From the human T2T-CHM13v2.0 reference genome, Homo sapiens, in NCBI RefSeq assembly GCF_009914755.1, contig NC_060931.1: a stretch of 64,000 nt of DNA; one strand, written 5' to 3'. The stretch's first letter is position 1; each line of letters begins with the position of its first letter. Positions 26,995 to 42,400 of the stretch are shown piece after piece. The position numbers and the translations under genes are program-made. Below the pieces are notes generated by a model, which was given only the letters and a program-made list of their open reading frames with translations, was not told the origin of the DNA and searched no databases.

Positions 26995-27099
26995 CCATTA
27001 TTGGTGTATTCTCATAGCCTTGAAACACTAATGTCACGTTGATGTCTGCCTTTTCTTTCTCTGCTACCTCATTCCTCATCCTTAGATTATTCTAAAAGA

Positions 27100-27410
27100 T
27101 TCAATTAGATCAAGTTGGCTAATTATATTTATAAGATCCTCTCTAACCTTCCCAACATTACATTTAACAAAATTTAAAAATTTCTGGCAGGAGACTGTTG
27201 AAATTCCCATGGATGACTATGGTTTTACTATTTTACCTTTCAGTTTTAATAGGTTTTATATTATGTATTTTAAAGTAATGCTATTGTGTGCGTACATATT
27301 TCATATTTACATGACTTCTTGGTACATTTTGCCCTTTGTCATTGTGAAATGTTATTCTTCATCCCCAGTGATATTTCCTGTTCTGATGTCTACTTTGCTC
27401 ATCACAGTTT
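27100..27410 (-). mobile_element. Ancient L1M ORF2 endonuclease fragment, antisense, next to HSat2
   Basis: 'ctgttgaaattccc...cctttcagtttt...atgtattttaaag...gtgatatttcctgttctgatgtctactttg'. Confidence 0.7.
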
Positions 27411-27472
27411 TCGGGGGTTTTGGTTTGTTTGTTTTTCTATTGTTTGGTTCAAGTAAGTTTCTTATAAATCTG

Positions 27473-30400
27473 TTCGATTCCATTTGATGATTCCATTTGA
27501 TTCCATTTGAGGATTCCACTCGATTACATTCAATGATGATTCCATTCGAGTCCATTCAATGATTCCATTCGAGTCCATTCGATGATTCCATTCGATTCCA
27601 TTCGATGATGATTCCATTAGAGTCCATTCGATGATTCAATTCGATTCCATTTGATTCCATTCGATGATGATTCCATTAGAGTCCATTGGATGATTCCATT
27701 CGAGTCCATTTGATGATTCCATCCTATTACATTCAATGATGACACAATTCGAGTCCCTTCGTTGATTCCATTCAATTCCATTCTATGATGACTGCATTCG
27801 GTTCCATTCGATGATGATTCCAACGGATTCCATTCGATTTCTCCATTCGATTCCATTCCTTGCTGATTCCATTCAATTCCATTAGATGATGACTCCACTA
27901 GATTCCATTCGATGATGATTTCATTAGATTCTATTCGATGATGATCCAATTCGATTCTATTCAATGATGATTCTATTCGATTCCGTTCAATAATTTCATT
28001 CGATTGCATTCGAAGATTCCATTCATTTCCATTCGATGGTGATTCCATTCATGTCCAATCGATTATTGTTTTGATTCCATTCGATGATGATTCCACTTGA
28101 GTCCATTCGATTCCATTCGATTCCATGCAATGATGATTCCATTGAGTCCATTCGATGATTCCATTTGATTCCATTAGATGATGACTTCATTCGGTTCCAT
28201 TCGATGATGATTCTAACGGACTGCATTCGAAGACTCCATTCGATTCCATTTATTGATGATTCCATTCGATTCCATTTGATGATGATTCCTTTCTATTCCC
28301 TTTGATGATGATTCCATTCGATTACATTTGATGATGATTCCATTCGATTCCATTGAATGATGATTCCATTGGATTCCATTCGATGATTCCATTTGATTAC
28401 ATTTGATCATGATTCCTTTTGGGTCCCTTCAATGATTCCATTCTATTCCATTAGATGATGATTCCATTCGATTATTCCATTCAACTCCATTTGATGTTTT
28501 CTTTCAATTCCACTCAATGTTGTTTCCATTTGAGTCCATTCAATGATTCTATTCGAGTGCATTCCATGATTTTATTTGATTCCATTCGATGATGATTCCA
28601 TTTGATTCCATTCGATGATTCCATTTGATTTCATTTGATGATAATTACATTAGATTCCATTCGATGACACCATTTGAGTCCATTCAATGATTCCATTTGA
28701 TTCCATTCGATGATGAATCCATTCGAGTCCATTCAATGATGATTCCATTTGAATACATTCAATGATTCTGTTGGATTCTATTCTTTGTTTTATTTTGACT
28801 CGTTTTGATGATGATTCCATTCAGTTTCATTCGATTATCCCATTGTATTCTATTCGATGATGTTTCCATTCGATTCCATTTGAAGAAAATTCCATTCAAT
28901 TCCATTGATGATGATTCCATTCGATTCTATTTGATGCCGCTTCTATTTGATTCCATTCAATGATGATTCCATTTGATTCCATTTGATGATTAAATTCGAT
29001 TCCATTCGATGATGATTCCATTCGAGACCATTCGATGATTCCATTCAATTCCATTCAATAATGATTCCATTCGGGTCCATTCGATGATTCCATTCAAGTC
29101 CATTCGATGATTCCATCTGATTCCATTAAACGAATACATTCGATTCCATTCTATGATGATTCCATTCATTTCAATCTGATAATGGTTCCATTCGATTCCA
29201 TTCAGTGATTCCATTCGATTCCATTTGATGATGATTCCAATCGATTCCATTCGATGATTCCATTCGAATGCATTCGATGATGAGTCCATCCATTTCAATT
29301 TCATGATAATTCCATTCGTTTCAATTCGATGGTGTTTCCATTCGATTCCATTCGATGTTGATTCCATTAGTTTCCATTGGATGATGATTCCATTCGAGTC
29401 CATTTGATGATGATCACATTCGATTTCATTCCATAATTCTATTCGATTCCATTCGATGATGATTCCATCTGATACCATTTGATGATTCCATTCAATTCCA
29501 TTCGATGATGATTCCATTCGTTTCCATCCACTGATGATTCCATTCGATTCCATTCGATGATTATTCCATTTGAGTCCATTCGATGATTCCATTTGATTCC
29601 ATTCAATGTCGATTGCACTCTAGTCCATGGATTATTCCATTCCATTCCATTTGATGATTACATTCAAGTCCATTCAATGATTCTCTTCCATTCCATTCGA
29701 AAATTCCATTTGATTCGTTTGATGTTGATTCCATTCGAGTCCATTTGATGAAAATTCCATTCAATTCTATGTGATGATTCCATTCGATTCCATTTGAAGA
29801 TGATTCCATTCGATACCATTAAATGATTCCATTCAATTCATTCGATAATGATTCCATTCAATTCCTTTTGATGATTCCATTCAATTCCATTCGATCATGA
29901 TTCCATTCAAGTCCATTCAAATATTAGATTTGATTCCATTCGATGATTCCATTCCATTCCATTTCATGATGATTCTGTTCAATTCCATTTGATGATGTTT
30001 CCATTCGATGATGATTCCATTTGATTTCATTCAATGATTCCATTTGTTTCCATTCGGAGATAATTCTATTCTATTCCATTTGATGATTCCATTCAATTCC
30101 ATTCGAAGAGGATTCTATACGATTCCATTTGATGATGACTCCATTCGATTCCATTCCATAGTGATTCAGTTCATGTCTATTCGATGTTTCCTTTCTATTC
30201 CATTCGACAATAATTCCATTTGAGTCTGTTAGATCATTCCATTCAATTCCATTCAATGATGATTCCATTCAATGATTCCTTTCTATTTCATTCGATGATG
30301 ATTCCATTCGAGTCCATTCGATGATTCCATTCAATTCCATTTGACGATGATTCCATTCGAGTCCATTTGATAATTCAATGCGATTTCATTCAATGAAAAT

Positions 30401-33400
30401 TACATTCGATTCTATTCGATGATCCCATTTGATTCCATTTGATGATGACTCCATTCGAGTCCATTCGATGATTCCATTCATTTCTATTTGAAGAGGATTC
30501 CATTGGATTCCATTCCATGATTCCATTCGATTCCATTCGATGACCATTCCATTCGAGTCCATTCAATGATTCCATTTGATTTCATTCGATGATGATTCCA
30601 TATGAGTCCATTCGATGATTCCATTGGAATCCATTTGATGATTGTTTCAATTATATTCGATGATGATTCCATTCAAGTCCATTCGTTGTTTCCATTCGAT
30701 TCCATTCGATGATTCGATGATGATTCCATTCGGGTCCATTTGATTATTCCATTCGATTCCATTCGATGATGATTCCATTCGAGTCAATTCTATGATCCCA
30801 TTTGATTCCATTTTATGATGAATCCCTTTCAGGTACAATAGATGATTCCATTCGATGATGTTTTTATTGCAGTCCATGAGATGATTCCATTCGATTCCAT
30901 TTGATTATGATTCTATTCGAGTCCATTCCGTGATTCCATTCGATTCCATTTGATGATGATTCCATTCGATTCCATTCGATGATTCCATTAGATGCCATTC
31001 GTTGATGATTTCATTCGAGTCCATTCGATGATTCTATTCGAATCCATTTGATGATTGCTTTTGATTATATTCAATGATGATTCCACTCGAGTCCATTCGA
31101 TGATTCCATTTGATTCCTTTCGATGAAGATTACATTCGAGTCCATTTGATGATTCCATTTGATTCCATTCTCTGATGATTACCTTCGAGTCCATTCAATA
31201 ATTCCACTCGATTCCATACAATGATGATTCCGTTCAATTCCATTCGATGATTCCATTCTATTCCATTCAATGATGATTCCATTCAGGTCCATTAGATGAT
31301 TCCATTCGATTCCATTCGATGATGATTCCATTCGAGTCCATTCGATGATCCCATTTGATTCCATTTTATGATGATTCTATTCGGGTTCAATAGATGATTC
31401 CATTTGATGATGTTTCTATTGCAGTCCATTAGATGATTCCATTCAATTCCATTTGATTATGATTCTATTCGAGTCCATTCCGTGATTCCATTCGATTCAA
31501 TTTGATGATGATTCCATTCGATTCCATTCGATGATTTTATTTGATTCCATTCGATGATGATTTCATTCGAGTCCATTCGATAATTCCATTCTTTGATTCC
31601 ATTCGATTCCATTCAATGATGATTTCATTCGAGTCCATTCGATGATTCCATTTGATTCCATTCAATGATGATTCCATTCAATTCCATTCGATGATTCTAT
31701 TCGAATCCATTTGATGTTTGCTTTTGATTACATTTAATGATGATTCCACTCGAGTACATTCGATGATTCCATTTGATTCTATTCGATGATGATTCCTTTT
31801 GAGTCCATTTGATGATTCCATTTGATTCCATTCTCTGATGATTACGTTCAAGTCCTTTCGATGATTCCATTCAATTCCATACAATGATGATTCCATTCAA
31901 TTCCATTCGATGATTCCATTCTATTCCATTCAATGATGATTCCATTTGAGTACATTACATGGTTCCATTCGATTCCATTTGATGATGATTCTATTCTTCC
32001 CCATTAGATGATTCCACATGATTCCATTCGATGATGATTCTATTTGAGTCCATTCGATGATTCCATTCGATTCCATTCGATGATGACTCCATCCCATTCC
32101 ATTCATTGGTGATTCTATTCAATTCCATTCATTGATTCCATTCCATTCCATTCGACAATGATTCCATTCGATTCCATTCAATGATGATTCTATTCTTCCC
32201 CATTAGATGATTCCACACGATTCCAGTCGATGATGATTCTATTCGAGTCCATTCGATAACTCCATTCGATTCCATTCAGTGATGACTCCATTCCATTCCA
32301 TTCATCGGTGATTCCATTCAATTCCATTCATTGATTCCATTACATTCCATTCGACAATGATTCCATTCGATTCCATTCGATGATTACACTTGATTGAACT
32401 TGACGATGACTCCATTCGATTCCATTCAATGATTCCATTTGATTCTATTCAATGATAATTCCATTCGATTCCATTCGATGATGATTGCATTCAATTACAT
32501 TCGAAGATTCCATTCGATTCCATTTGATGATGATTCCATTCAATTCCATTTGATGATTCCATTTGATTACATACGAGGATTCCACTCTATTCCGTTCGAT
32601 GATCATTCCATTCGAGTCCATTCAATGATTCCATTCCAGTCCATTTGATGATTCCATTAGCTTCCATTCGATGATGTTTCCATTTGATTCCATTTGATGA
32701 TTCCATTCGATTCCATTCGATGATTCCATTCAAGTCCATTCGATGATCCCATTGGATACCATTCAATGATAATTCCACTGGAGTCCATTTGATGATGATT
32801 CCATTCGATTCCATTGCATTATTCCGTTCGATTCCATTCGATGATTCCCTTAGATTCCTTTCAATGATGATTCCATTCGATTCCATTCGATGATGATTCC
32901 GTTTGATTCCATTCGATGATGATTCTATTCGATTCCATTCGATGATGATTCCTTTTGATTCCATTCAATGATGATTCCATTCAATTCCATTCAATGATTC
33001 CACTCGATTGCATTCAATGATGATTCCATTCGTGTCCATTCGATGACTCCATTCGATTTTATTCGATGATGATTCCATTCGGGTTCTTTGAATGATTCCA
33101 TTCAAGTCCATTTGATGATTCCTTTCAATTCCATTCAATGATGATTCCATTCGACTCCATTCGACGATGATTCCATGCGAATCCATTCGATTATGACTCC
33201 TTTCGGTTCCATTTGATGATGATTCCATTTGGTTCCGTTCGATGATGATTCCTTTGGATTCCATTCGATGATGATTCAATTCGACTCCATTTGATGTTGA
33301 TTCTTTTGGATTCCATTCGATGATGATTCCATTTGATTACATTCAATGATGATTCAATTCGATTCTATAAGATGATGATTCCATTCGAGTCCCTTCAATG

Positions 33401-36400
33401 ATTCCATTCGAGACCGTTCAATGATTCCATTCAATGATTCCATTCGATTCCTTTCGATTATTATTCCATTCGAGTCCATTCGGTGACTCCTTTTGATCCC
33501 AATTGAAGATGATTCCATTCGATTACATTCGATGATACCATTTGATACCATTCATTGTTGATTTCATTTGAGTGCATTCGATGACACCGTTCGATTCCAT
33601 TCGATTCCATTCGATGATTCCATTCAATTCCATTCTATGATGATTCCATTCGAGTCCAATTGATGATTCCTTTGGACGTCATTTGATGATGATTCCATTC
33701 CAATATTCCATTCAATTCTATTCGATGATGATTCCATTTGATTTCATTCGATGCTGATTCCATTCAATTCCATTCAATGATTCCATTTGATTCCATTCGA
33801 TGATGATTCCGTTGCATTCCATTTGATGATTCCATTAGATTCCATTTGATGATTCCATTTGATTCCATTCGATGATTCCATTTGATTCAATTTGATAATG
33901 GTTCCATTAAAGTCATTTGATGATTCCATTTGATTCCAGTCGATGATGATTCTGATCAATTCCATTTGATGATTCCATTTGATTCCATTTGATGATGATT
34001 CCATTCGAGTCCATTTGATGTTCCCATTCAAGCCCATTTGATAATTCCATTTGAATCCAATCGATGATTCCATTCGAGTCCATTCGATCATTCCATTAGA
34101 GTCCATTCGATTGTGAATCCACTCGGGTCCATTCGGTGATTCCATTCTAGTCCATTCGATAATTCCATTTGAGTCGATTCGATGATTGCTTTTGATTAAA
34201 TTTGATTATATTCAATTTGAGTTAATTTGTTGATGCCATTCGATTCTACTCTATGATGATTCCATTCGTGTCCATTCGGTGATTCCATTCAATTTCATTC
34301 AATGATGATTCTTTTGGAGTCCATTAGTTGATTCCATTCGATTCCATTTGATGATGATTCCATTCGAGTCCATTGAGTGATTCCATTCGATTCTATTTGA
34401 TGATGATTCCATTCAATTCCATTTGATGATGGTTCTATTTGTGCCCATTAGGTGATTTCACACGATTCCATTCTATGATGACTCCATTCGATTCTATTCG
34501 ATGATGACTCCCTTCAATTCCATGCACTGGTGATTCCATTCAAATCCATTCATTGATTACATTCCATTCCATTCGACAATGATTCCATTCAATTCAATTC
34601 GATGATTCCACTCAATTCCACTTGACGATGATTCCATTCGATTCCATTCGATGATTCCATTTGATTCCATTAGATGATTATTGCCTTTGATTCCATTCGA
34701 TGATTCAATTCGATTCCATTCGATGATTCCACTCAATTCCACTTGATAATGATTCCATTCGATTCCATTCAATGATTCCATTTGATTCCATTCGATGATT
34801 ATTGCCTTTGATTCCATTCGATGATTCCATTCAATTCCATTCGATTATGAGCCATTCAGTTCAATTCCATCATGATTCCATTTGATTCAATTTGATGATA
34901 TTTCCATTCGATTCCATTCGATGATGATTCCATTAGATTGCATTCGATGATGATTCCATTTGAGTCTATTTGTCGATGATTCCATTTGAGTCCGTTCATT
35001 GATGTTTACTTTGGATTTCATATGATGCTTCTATTTGACTCCATTCGATGATGATTCCATCTCATTCCATTCGATGATTCCATTTGATTCCATTCAGTGT
35101 TGATTCCATCGGATGATGATTTCATTTGATTCCATTCGATGATGACTCCATTAGAGTCCATTCGCTGATTCCCTTCGTGTCCAATCGATGATTCCATTTG
35201 ATTCTATTTGATGATAATTCCATTAGAGTCCATTCAATGAATCCATTCGATTCCATTTGATGATGACTCCATTTGAGTCAGTTAGATGATTCCATATGAT
35301 TCCATTCGATGATCATTCCATTTGAGTACATTCAATGATTCCATTTGATTCCATTCGATGATGATTCCATTCGATTCCATTCAATGATGATTGCATTTGG
35401 GTTCATTCAATGATTCCCTTTGATTCCATTCGATGATGATTCCATTCGAGTCCATTCGATGATTATGTTCGATTCCATTCGATGAAGATTCCATTCGAGT
35501 CCATTCGGTGATTCCTTGTGATTCCATTTGATGCTGATTCCATCCGAGCCATTTCATGATTCTATTTGAATCCATTTGATGATTGCTTTTGATTATATTC
35601 AATGATGATTTCATTCGAGTCCATTCAATAATTCCATTTGATTCAATTCGATGATGATTCCCTTCGGGTCCATTGGACAATTACATTTGATTACACTTGA
35701 TGATGATTCCATTCGAGTCCATTCAATGATTCCACTCGATTCCATTCCCCGATGATTACTTTTGAGTCCATTCGATGATTCCATTCGATTCCATAGGATG
35801 ATGACTCCATTCAATTCCATTCGATGATTCAATTCTGTTCCATGAGATGATGAATCCATTCGAGAACATTAGATGATTCCATTCAATTCCATTCAATGAT
35901 GATGCTATTCGTGTCCTTTAGATGATTCCATTGATTACATTCGATGATGATTTCATTCTATTCAATCCAATGATGATTCCATTTGATTCCATTCAATGTT
36001 GATTCCATTTTTTTTTCCATTCAGTGATGATTCCTTTCAGGTCCGTTAGGTGATTCCATTTGATTCCATTCGATGATGATTCCATTATATTCCCTTCAAT
36101 GTTGAATCCATTCGAGTCCATTAGATGATTCCATTCGATTCCATTCTCTGATGATTACCTTTGAGTCCATTCGATAATTCCACACGATTCCATATGATGA
36201 TGACTCCATTCAATTACATTTGATGATTCCATTCTATTCCATTAGATGATGATTCCATTCGCGTACACTAGATGATTCCATTCAATTCCAGTCAATGTTG
36301 ATGCTATTCGTGTCCATTAGATGATTCCATTTGATTCCATTCGATGATGATTCCATTCGAATCCATTTGATGATTCCATTCGATTCCATTCTCTGATGAT

Positions 36401-39400
36401 TACATTCAAGTCCATTCGATGATTGCACTCGATTCCATACGATGAAGATTCCATTCGATTCCATTTGATGATTCCATTCTATTCCATTAGGTGATGATTC
36501 CATTCGAGTACATTAGATGATTCCATTGGATTCAATTCGATGGTGATTCCATTCGTGTCCATTCGATGATTCCATTCTACTCCATTCAATGATTCCATTC
36601 ACGTCCATTCAATGATTCTATTTGAGTCCATTCAATAATTGCTTTCAATTCCATTCAATGATTATTCCATTCGATACTGTTCTATGATTCCATTCGATTC
36701 CATTCGATGTTGATTCCATTTGATTCCATTCAATGGTTCTATTTGATTCCATTCAATGATGATTCCATTCGATTCCATGTGATGATTCCATTTGATTACA
36801 TTTTATGATGATTACATTCTATCCCATTTGATGATTCCATTCGATTCCATTCGATGATGATTCCATTCGAGTCCATTTGGTGATTCCTTTCTGTTCTATT
36901 TGTTGATGATTCCATCCGAGTCCATTCAATGGTGATTCCAGTCGATTCCACTCAATGAGTCCATACGATTCCATTCGATGTTGATTACATTCGATTCCTT
37001 TGGATGATTCCATTCGAATCCTTTCATAGATGAAACCATTCAATTCCATCCGATAATACCATTTCTTTCCATTCGATGGTTCCAAAGGATTCCATTTGAT
37101 GATGATTCCATTCGAGACCATTCGATGATCCCATTCAATTCTATCAATGATGATTCCATTCGAATGCATTCGATGATTCCTATCGATTCCACTCCATGAT
37201 GACTCTATTCAAGTCCATCCAATTACTTTATTCGATTCCATTCTATAATGATTCCGTTCGAGTCCAATTTATGATTTCATTCGAGTCCTTTTGATGATTC
37301 CATTCGATTCCATTCGATGATGATTAAATTCGAGTCCATTCGATGCTTCCATTCGATTCCTTTTGATGATTCCATTAGAGTCCAATTGATGATTCTATTC
37401 AATTCCATTTGATGATGATTCTGTATGATTCCATTCCATGATGATTCCATGTGGTTCCATTCGATGATGATTCATTTCGATTCCATTCGATTATGATTCA
37501 TTTCGAGTTCATTCGATGATTCCACACGTTTCCATTCGATGATGATTCCATTCGAGTCCATTTGATGATTCCATTTGAAACCATTTGATGAGGATTCCAT
37601 TCGATTCCATTCATTGGTGATTCCATTCAATTCCATTCAATGATTCCATTCCATTCCATTCGACAATGATTCCATTAGTTTCCATTCGATGATTCCACTT
37701 GATTCCATTTGACAATGATTCCATTTGATTCCCTTCATTGCTGATTCCATTCAATTCCATTCAGTTATTCCATTCCATTCCATTCGACAATGATTCCATT
37801 AGATTCCATTCGATGATTCCACTTGATTCCATTTACGATGATTCCATTTGATTTCTTTTGATGATTCCATTCAATTCTATTCGATGATATTTCCATTTGA
37901 TTCCATTCGACAATGATTGACTTTGATTCCATTCAATGATTCCATTCGGTTCTGTTCAAAGATGATTCCTTTCGATTCCATTTGATGATTCCATTTGATC
38001 ACATTCAATGATTATTCCATTTGAGTGCATTCGATGATTCCATTCGAGTCCATTCAATGATTCCATTCGTGTACATTTGATGATTCCATTTGATTCCATT
38101 CGATGATGATTCCATTAGAGTCCATTCGATGATTCCATTCGAGTGCATTTGATAATTGCATTCGAGTCCATGTGATGATTTCATTTGACTCCTTTTGATG
38201 ATTCCATTCAAGTCGGTGTGCTCATTCCATTCGAGTCCATTCGATGATTCCATTTGAAGATGATCACATTCGATTCCATATGACGATGATTCCATTTGAG
38301 TAAATTCGATGATTTCATTCGATTCCATTTGATGATGATTCCATTCGAGTCCATTCAATGATTTCATTCTATTCCATTTGATAATGATTCCTTTCAACTC
38401 CATTCAATGATTCTATTCAAGTCCATTCAGTAATTGCTTTGGATTCCATTTGATGATGATTACATTTGATTCCATCTGATGATGATTAGATTCGATACCT
38501 TTCTATGATTCCATTCAATTCCATGTGATGTTGATTCAAGTCAATTCCGTTTCATTATTCTATTCTTTTACATCCGATGATGATTATATTCGATTACAAT
38601 CAATGTTTCCGGTTGAGTATATTTGATGATGATTCCATTCGATTCCATTCGATGATTCCATTAGATTCCTTTTGATGATGATTTCATTCGATTCCATTCA
38701 ATGATGATTGCATTTGTGTCCATTCGATTATTCCATTCGATTTCATTCAATATTGATTCCACTCGAGTCCATTCGATGATTCCATTCGATTCCATTCGAT
38801 GATGATTCCATTCGAATCCATTCGATGATTCCACTTGATTCCATTCGATGACTCCATTCGATCCCATTCCATGATTCCCTTTAATGCCATTCGATGATCA
38901 TTCCATTTGACTCAATTCAGTGATTCCATTCGATTGTATTCAATGATGATTCCATTTGATGATGATTCCATTAGATTCCATTCGATTATGATTTCATTCA
39001 ATTCCATGCGATGAAGATTCCATTCAAGTCCATTCAATGATTCCATTTGATTCCATTCGATGATGATTCCACTCAAGTCCATTTGATGATTCCTTTCGAG
39101 TCCATTCGATGATTACATTAGATTCCATTTAATGATGATTCCATTCAGTGCCATTTGACGATTCCATTCAATTCCATTCAACAATGATTCCATTCGTGTC
39201 CATTCAATGATTCCATTCGATTCCATTTGATGATGATTCCTTTCGAGCCCATTCAGTGATTCCATTCAATTCCATTCTATGATGATTCCCTTCTAATCCA
39301 TTTGATGATTCCATTTGATTCCATTCGATGATGACTGCATTCGGTTCCATCTGATGATGATTCTAATGGATTTCATTCAATTTCTCCAGTTGATTCCATT

Positions 39401-42400
39401 CGTTGATCATTCCATTCTTTTCCATTTGATGATGATACCATTATATTCCATTCGATGATGATTCCATTCAATTCCATTCAATGACTTTTCCATTCAATTC
39501 CATTCAATGATGATTCCATTGGATTCCATTCGATGATTCCATTTGATTCCATTTTATGGTGATTCCATTCAGGTCCATTCGATGATTCGATTAGAATCCA
39601 TTTGATGATTCCATTTGATTCCATTTTATGGTGATTCCATTCAGGTCCATTTGATGATTCGATTAGATTCCATTCGATGATTCCATTTGATTCCATTCAA
39701 TGGTGATTCCATTCAGGTCCATTCGATGATTCCATTTGATTCCATTCGATGATGATTCCATTCGAGTACATTCAATGATTCCATTCAAGTCTATTTGAAG
39801 ATTATTTTCAATTCCATTTGATGATTCCATTCGAGTCCATTCGATGATTCCATTGAAGTCCATTTGATGTTTCCTTTTAACTCCACTTGATGTTGATTCC
39901 ATTTGAGTCTATTCGATTGTTCCATTTGAGTGCATTCCGTGATTTCATTCGACTCCATTCAATGATATTTCCATTCGAGTCCATCCGGTGATTCCATTTG
40001 ATTTCATTCGGTGATGATTCCACTCAATTCCATTCGTTGAATCCATTCGAGTGCCTTCAATGATTACATTCGAGTCCATTAAATGATTCCATTCATTTCC
40101 ATTCGATGATGACTCCATTCAAGTCCATTCAATGATGATTGCATTTGATTCCATTCAATGATACCATTGGATTCCATTCTTTGTTTTATTTCGATTCGTT
40201 TGGTGATGATTCCATTCGATTTCATTTGATGATCCCATTCGATTCTATTTGATGATGATTCCATTCCATTCCATTTGTTGAAAATTCCATTCGAGTCCAT
40301 TCGATGATTATTCCATTCAATTCTATTTGGTGAATACTTTTGATTCCATTTGATAATAATTCCATTCGAGACCATTCAATGATTCCATTCAATTCATTCG
40401 ATGATGATTCCATTCAATTCAATTCGATGATTCCATTAGATTCCATTTGATGATGATTCCATTCGATTTCATTCGATGATGATTCCATGAAATTCCATTC
40501 GTTAATGACCCCTTTCGGTTCCATTCAATGACGATTCCATTCGGTTCCATTCGATGATGATTCCTTTGGATTCCATTCGATAATGATTCCATTCCACTAC
40601 ATTTGATGTTAATTCATTTCGATTCCATTCGATGGTGATTCCATTTGATTCCATTTGATGATGATTCCATTTGATTCCATTCGATGATGATTCCATTTGA
40701 TTACATTCGATGATGATTCCATTCAGTTCCATTCGATGATTCCATTCGATTCCATACGATGATGATTCCATTCTAGTCTATTTGATGATTCCATTCTAGT
40801 CCATTCAGTGAAGATTCCATTCGATTCCATTCAATGATTCCATTTGATTCCTTTTGATGGTTATTCCATTCGAGTCCATTTGATGATTCCATTGGACTCC
40901 ATTTGATGATGATTCCATTCTATGATTCCATTTGATTCTATTCTATGATGATTCCATTCGATTTCATTTGATGCTGATTCAATTCAATTCCATTCGATGA
41001 TTCCATTTGATTCCATTCAATGATTCCATTCGATTACATTTGATGATGATTCCATTCACTTCTGTTCGATGATTCCATTCGATTCTATTTGAAGATGATT
41101 CCACTCGATTCCATTCAATGATGACTGCATTCAATTCCGTTTGATGATTCCATTTGATTGCATTCGATGATGATTCTGATCAATTGCATTTGATGAGTCC
41201 ATTCGATTCCATTTGATGATTCCATTTGATTCCATTCGATAATGATTCCATTCGAGTAAATTCGATGATTCCATTCGAGGATATTCGATAATTCCATTTG
41301 AGTCTAATTGATGATTCCATTCGAGACCATTCTATCATTCCATTTGAGTCCATTCGATAATGATTCCATTTGAGTCCATTCGATAATTCCTTTGGAGTCC
41401 ATTGAATGATTGCTTTTAATTCCATTCGATGATATTCCATTTGAGTCCATTCGATAATTCCATTCGATGCTATTAGATGATGATTCCATTCGTGTCCATT
41501 TGGTGATTCCATTCGATTTCATTCGATGATGATTCCATTCGAGTCCATTCAATGATTCTATTCAAGTCCATTTGATAATCCCTTTCAATTCCATTCAATG
41601 ATGATTCCATTCAAGTCCATTCGATGATTCCATTCAATTCCATTTGATGATGATTCCATTCGAGTCCATTCGATGATTCCATTCAATTCCATTCGATGAT
41701 GATTCCATTCGAGTTCATTCAATGGTTCCATTCAATTCCATTTGATGATGATTCCATTCGAGTCCATTCGATGATTCCATTTGATTTCATTTGATGATGA
41801 TTCCATTTGATTCCATTCGATGATTCCATTCTATTCCATTCTATGATGATTCCATTTGAGTCCATTCAATGATTCCATTCGAGTCCTTTTAATGAATTCA
41901 TTGGGTTCAATTCGATGATGATTCCATTTGATTCCATTCTATGATTCCATTTGATTCCATTCATTGACGATTTGATTCCATTCGATGATGATTCCATTTG
42001 ATTTCATTTGATGATTCTATTCGATTCCATTCGATGGTGATTCAATACTATTATATTGGATGATTCCATTTGACTCCATTCGATGATGATTCCTTTCGAT
42101 TCCATTCAATGATGATTCCATTCTCTTCCATTGGATGATTCCATTTTATTCCATTCGATGATGACTCCATTCAATTCAATTCGATGATGATTCCATTCGA
42201 TTCCATTTGATGATTCCATTTGATTCCATTCGATGGTGAGCAATTCAATTCTATTCCATGATTATTCTATGTGATTCCATTAGATGATGTTTGCCTTCCA
42301 TTCCATTCGATGATGATTCCATTGGAATCCATTCGACGATGATTCCTTTCGAGTCCATTTGATGATGATTCCATATGAGTCAGTTTGATGATGATTCCAT

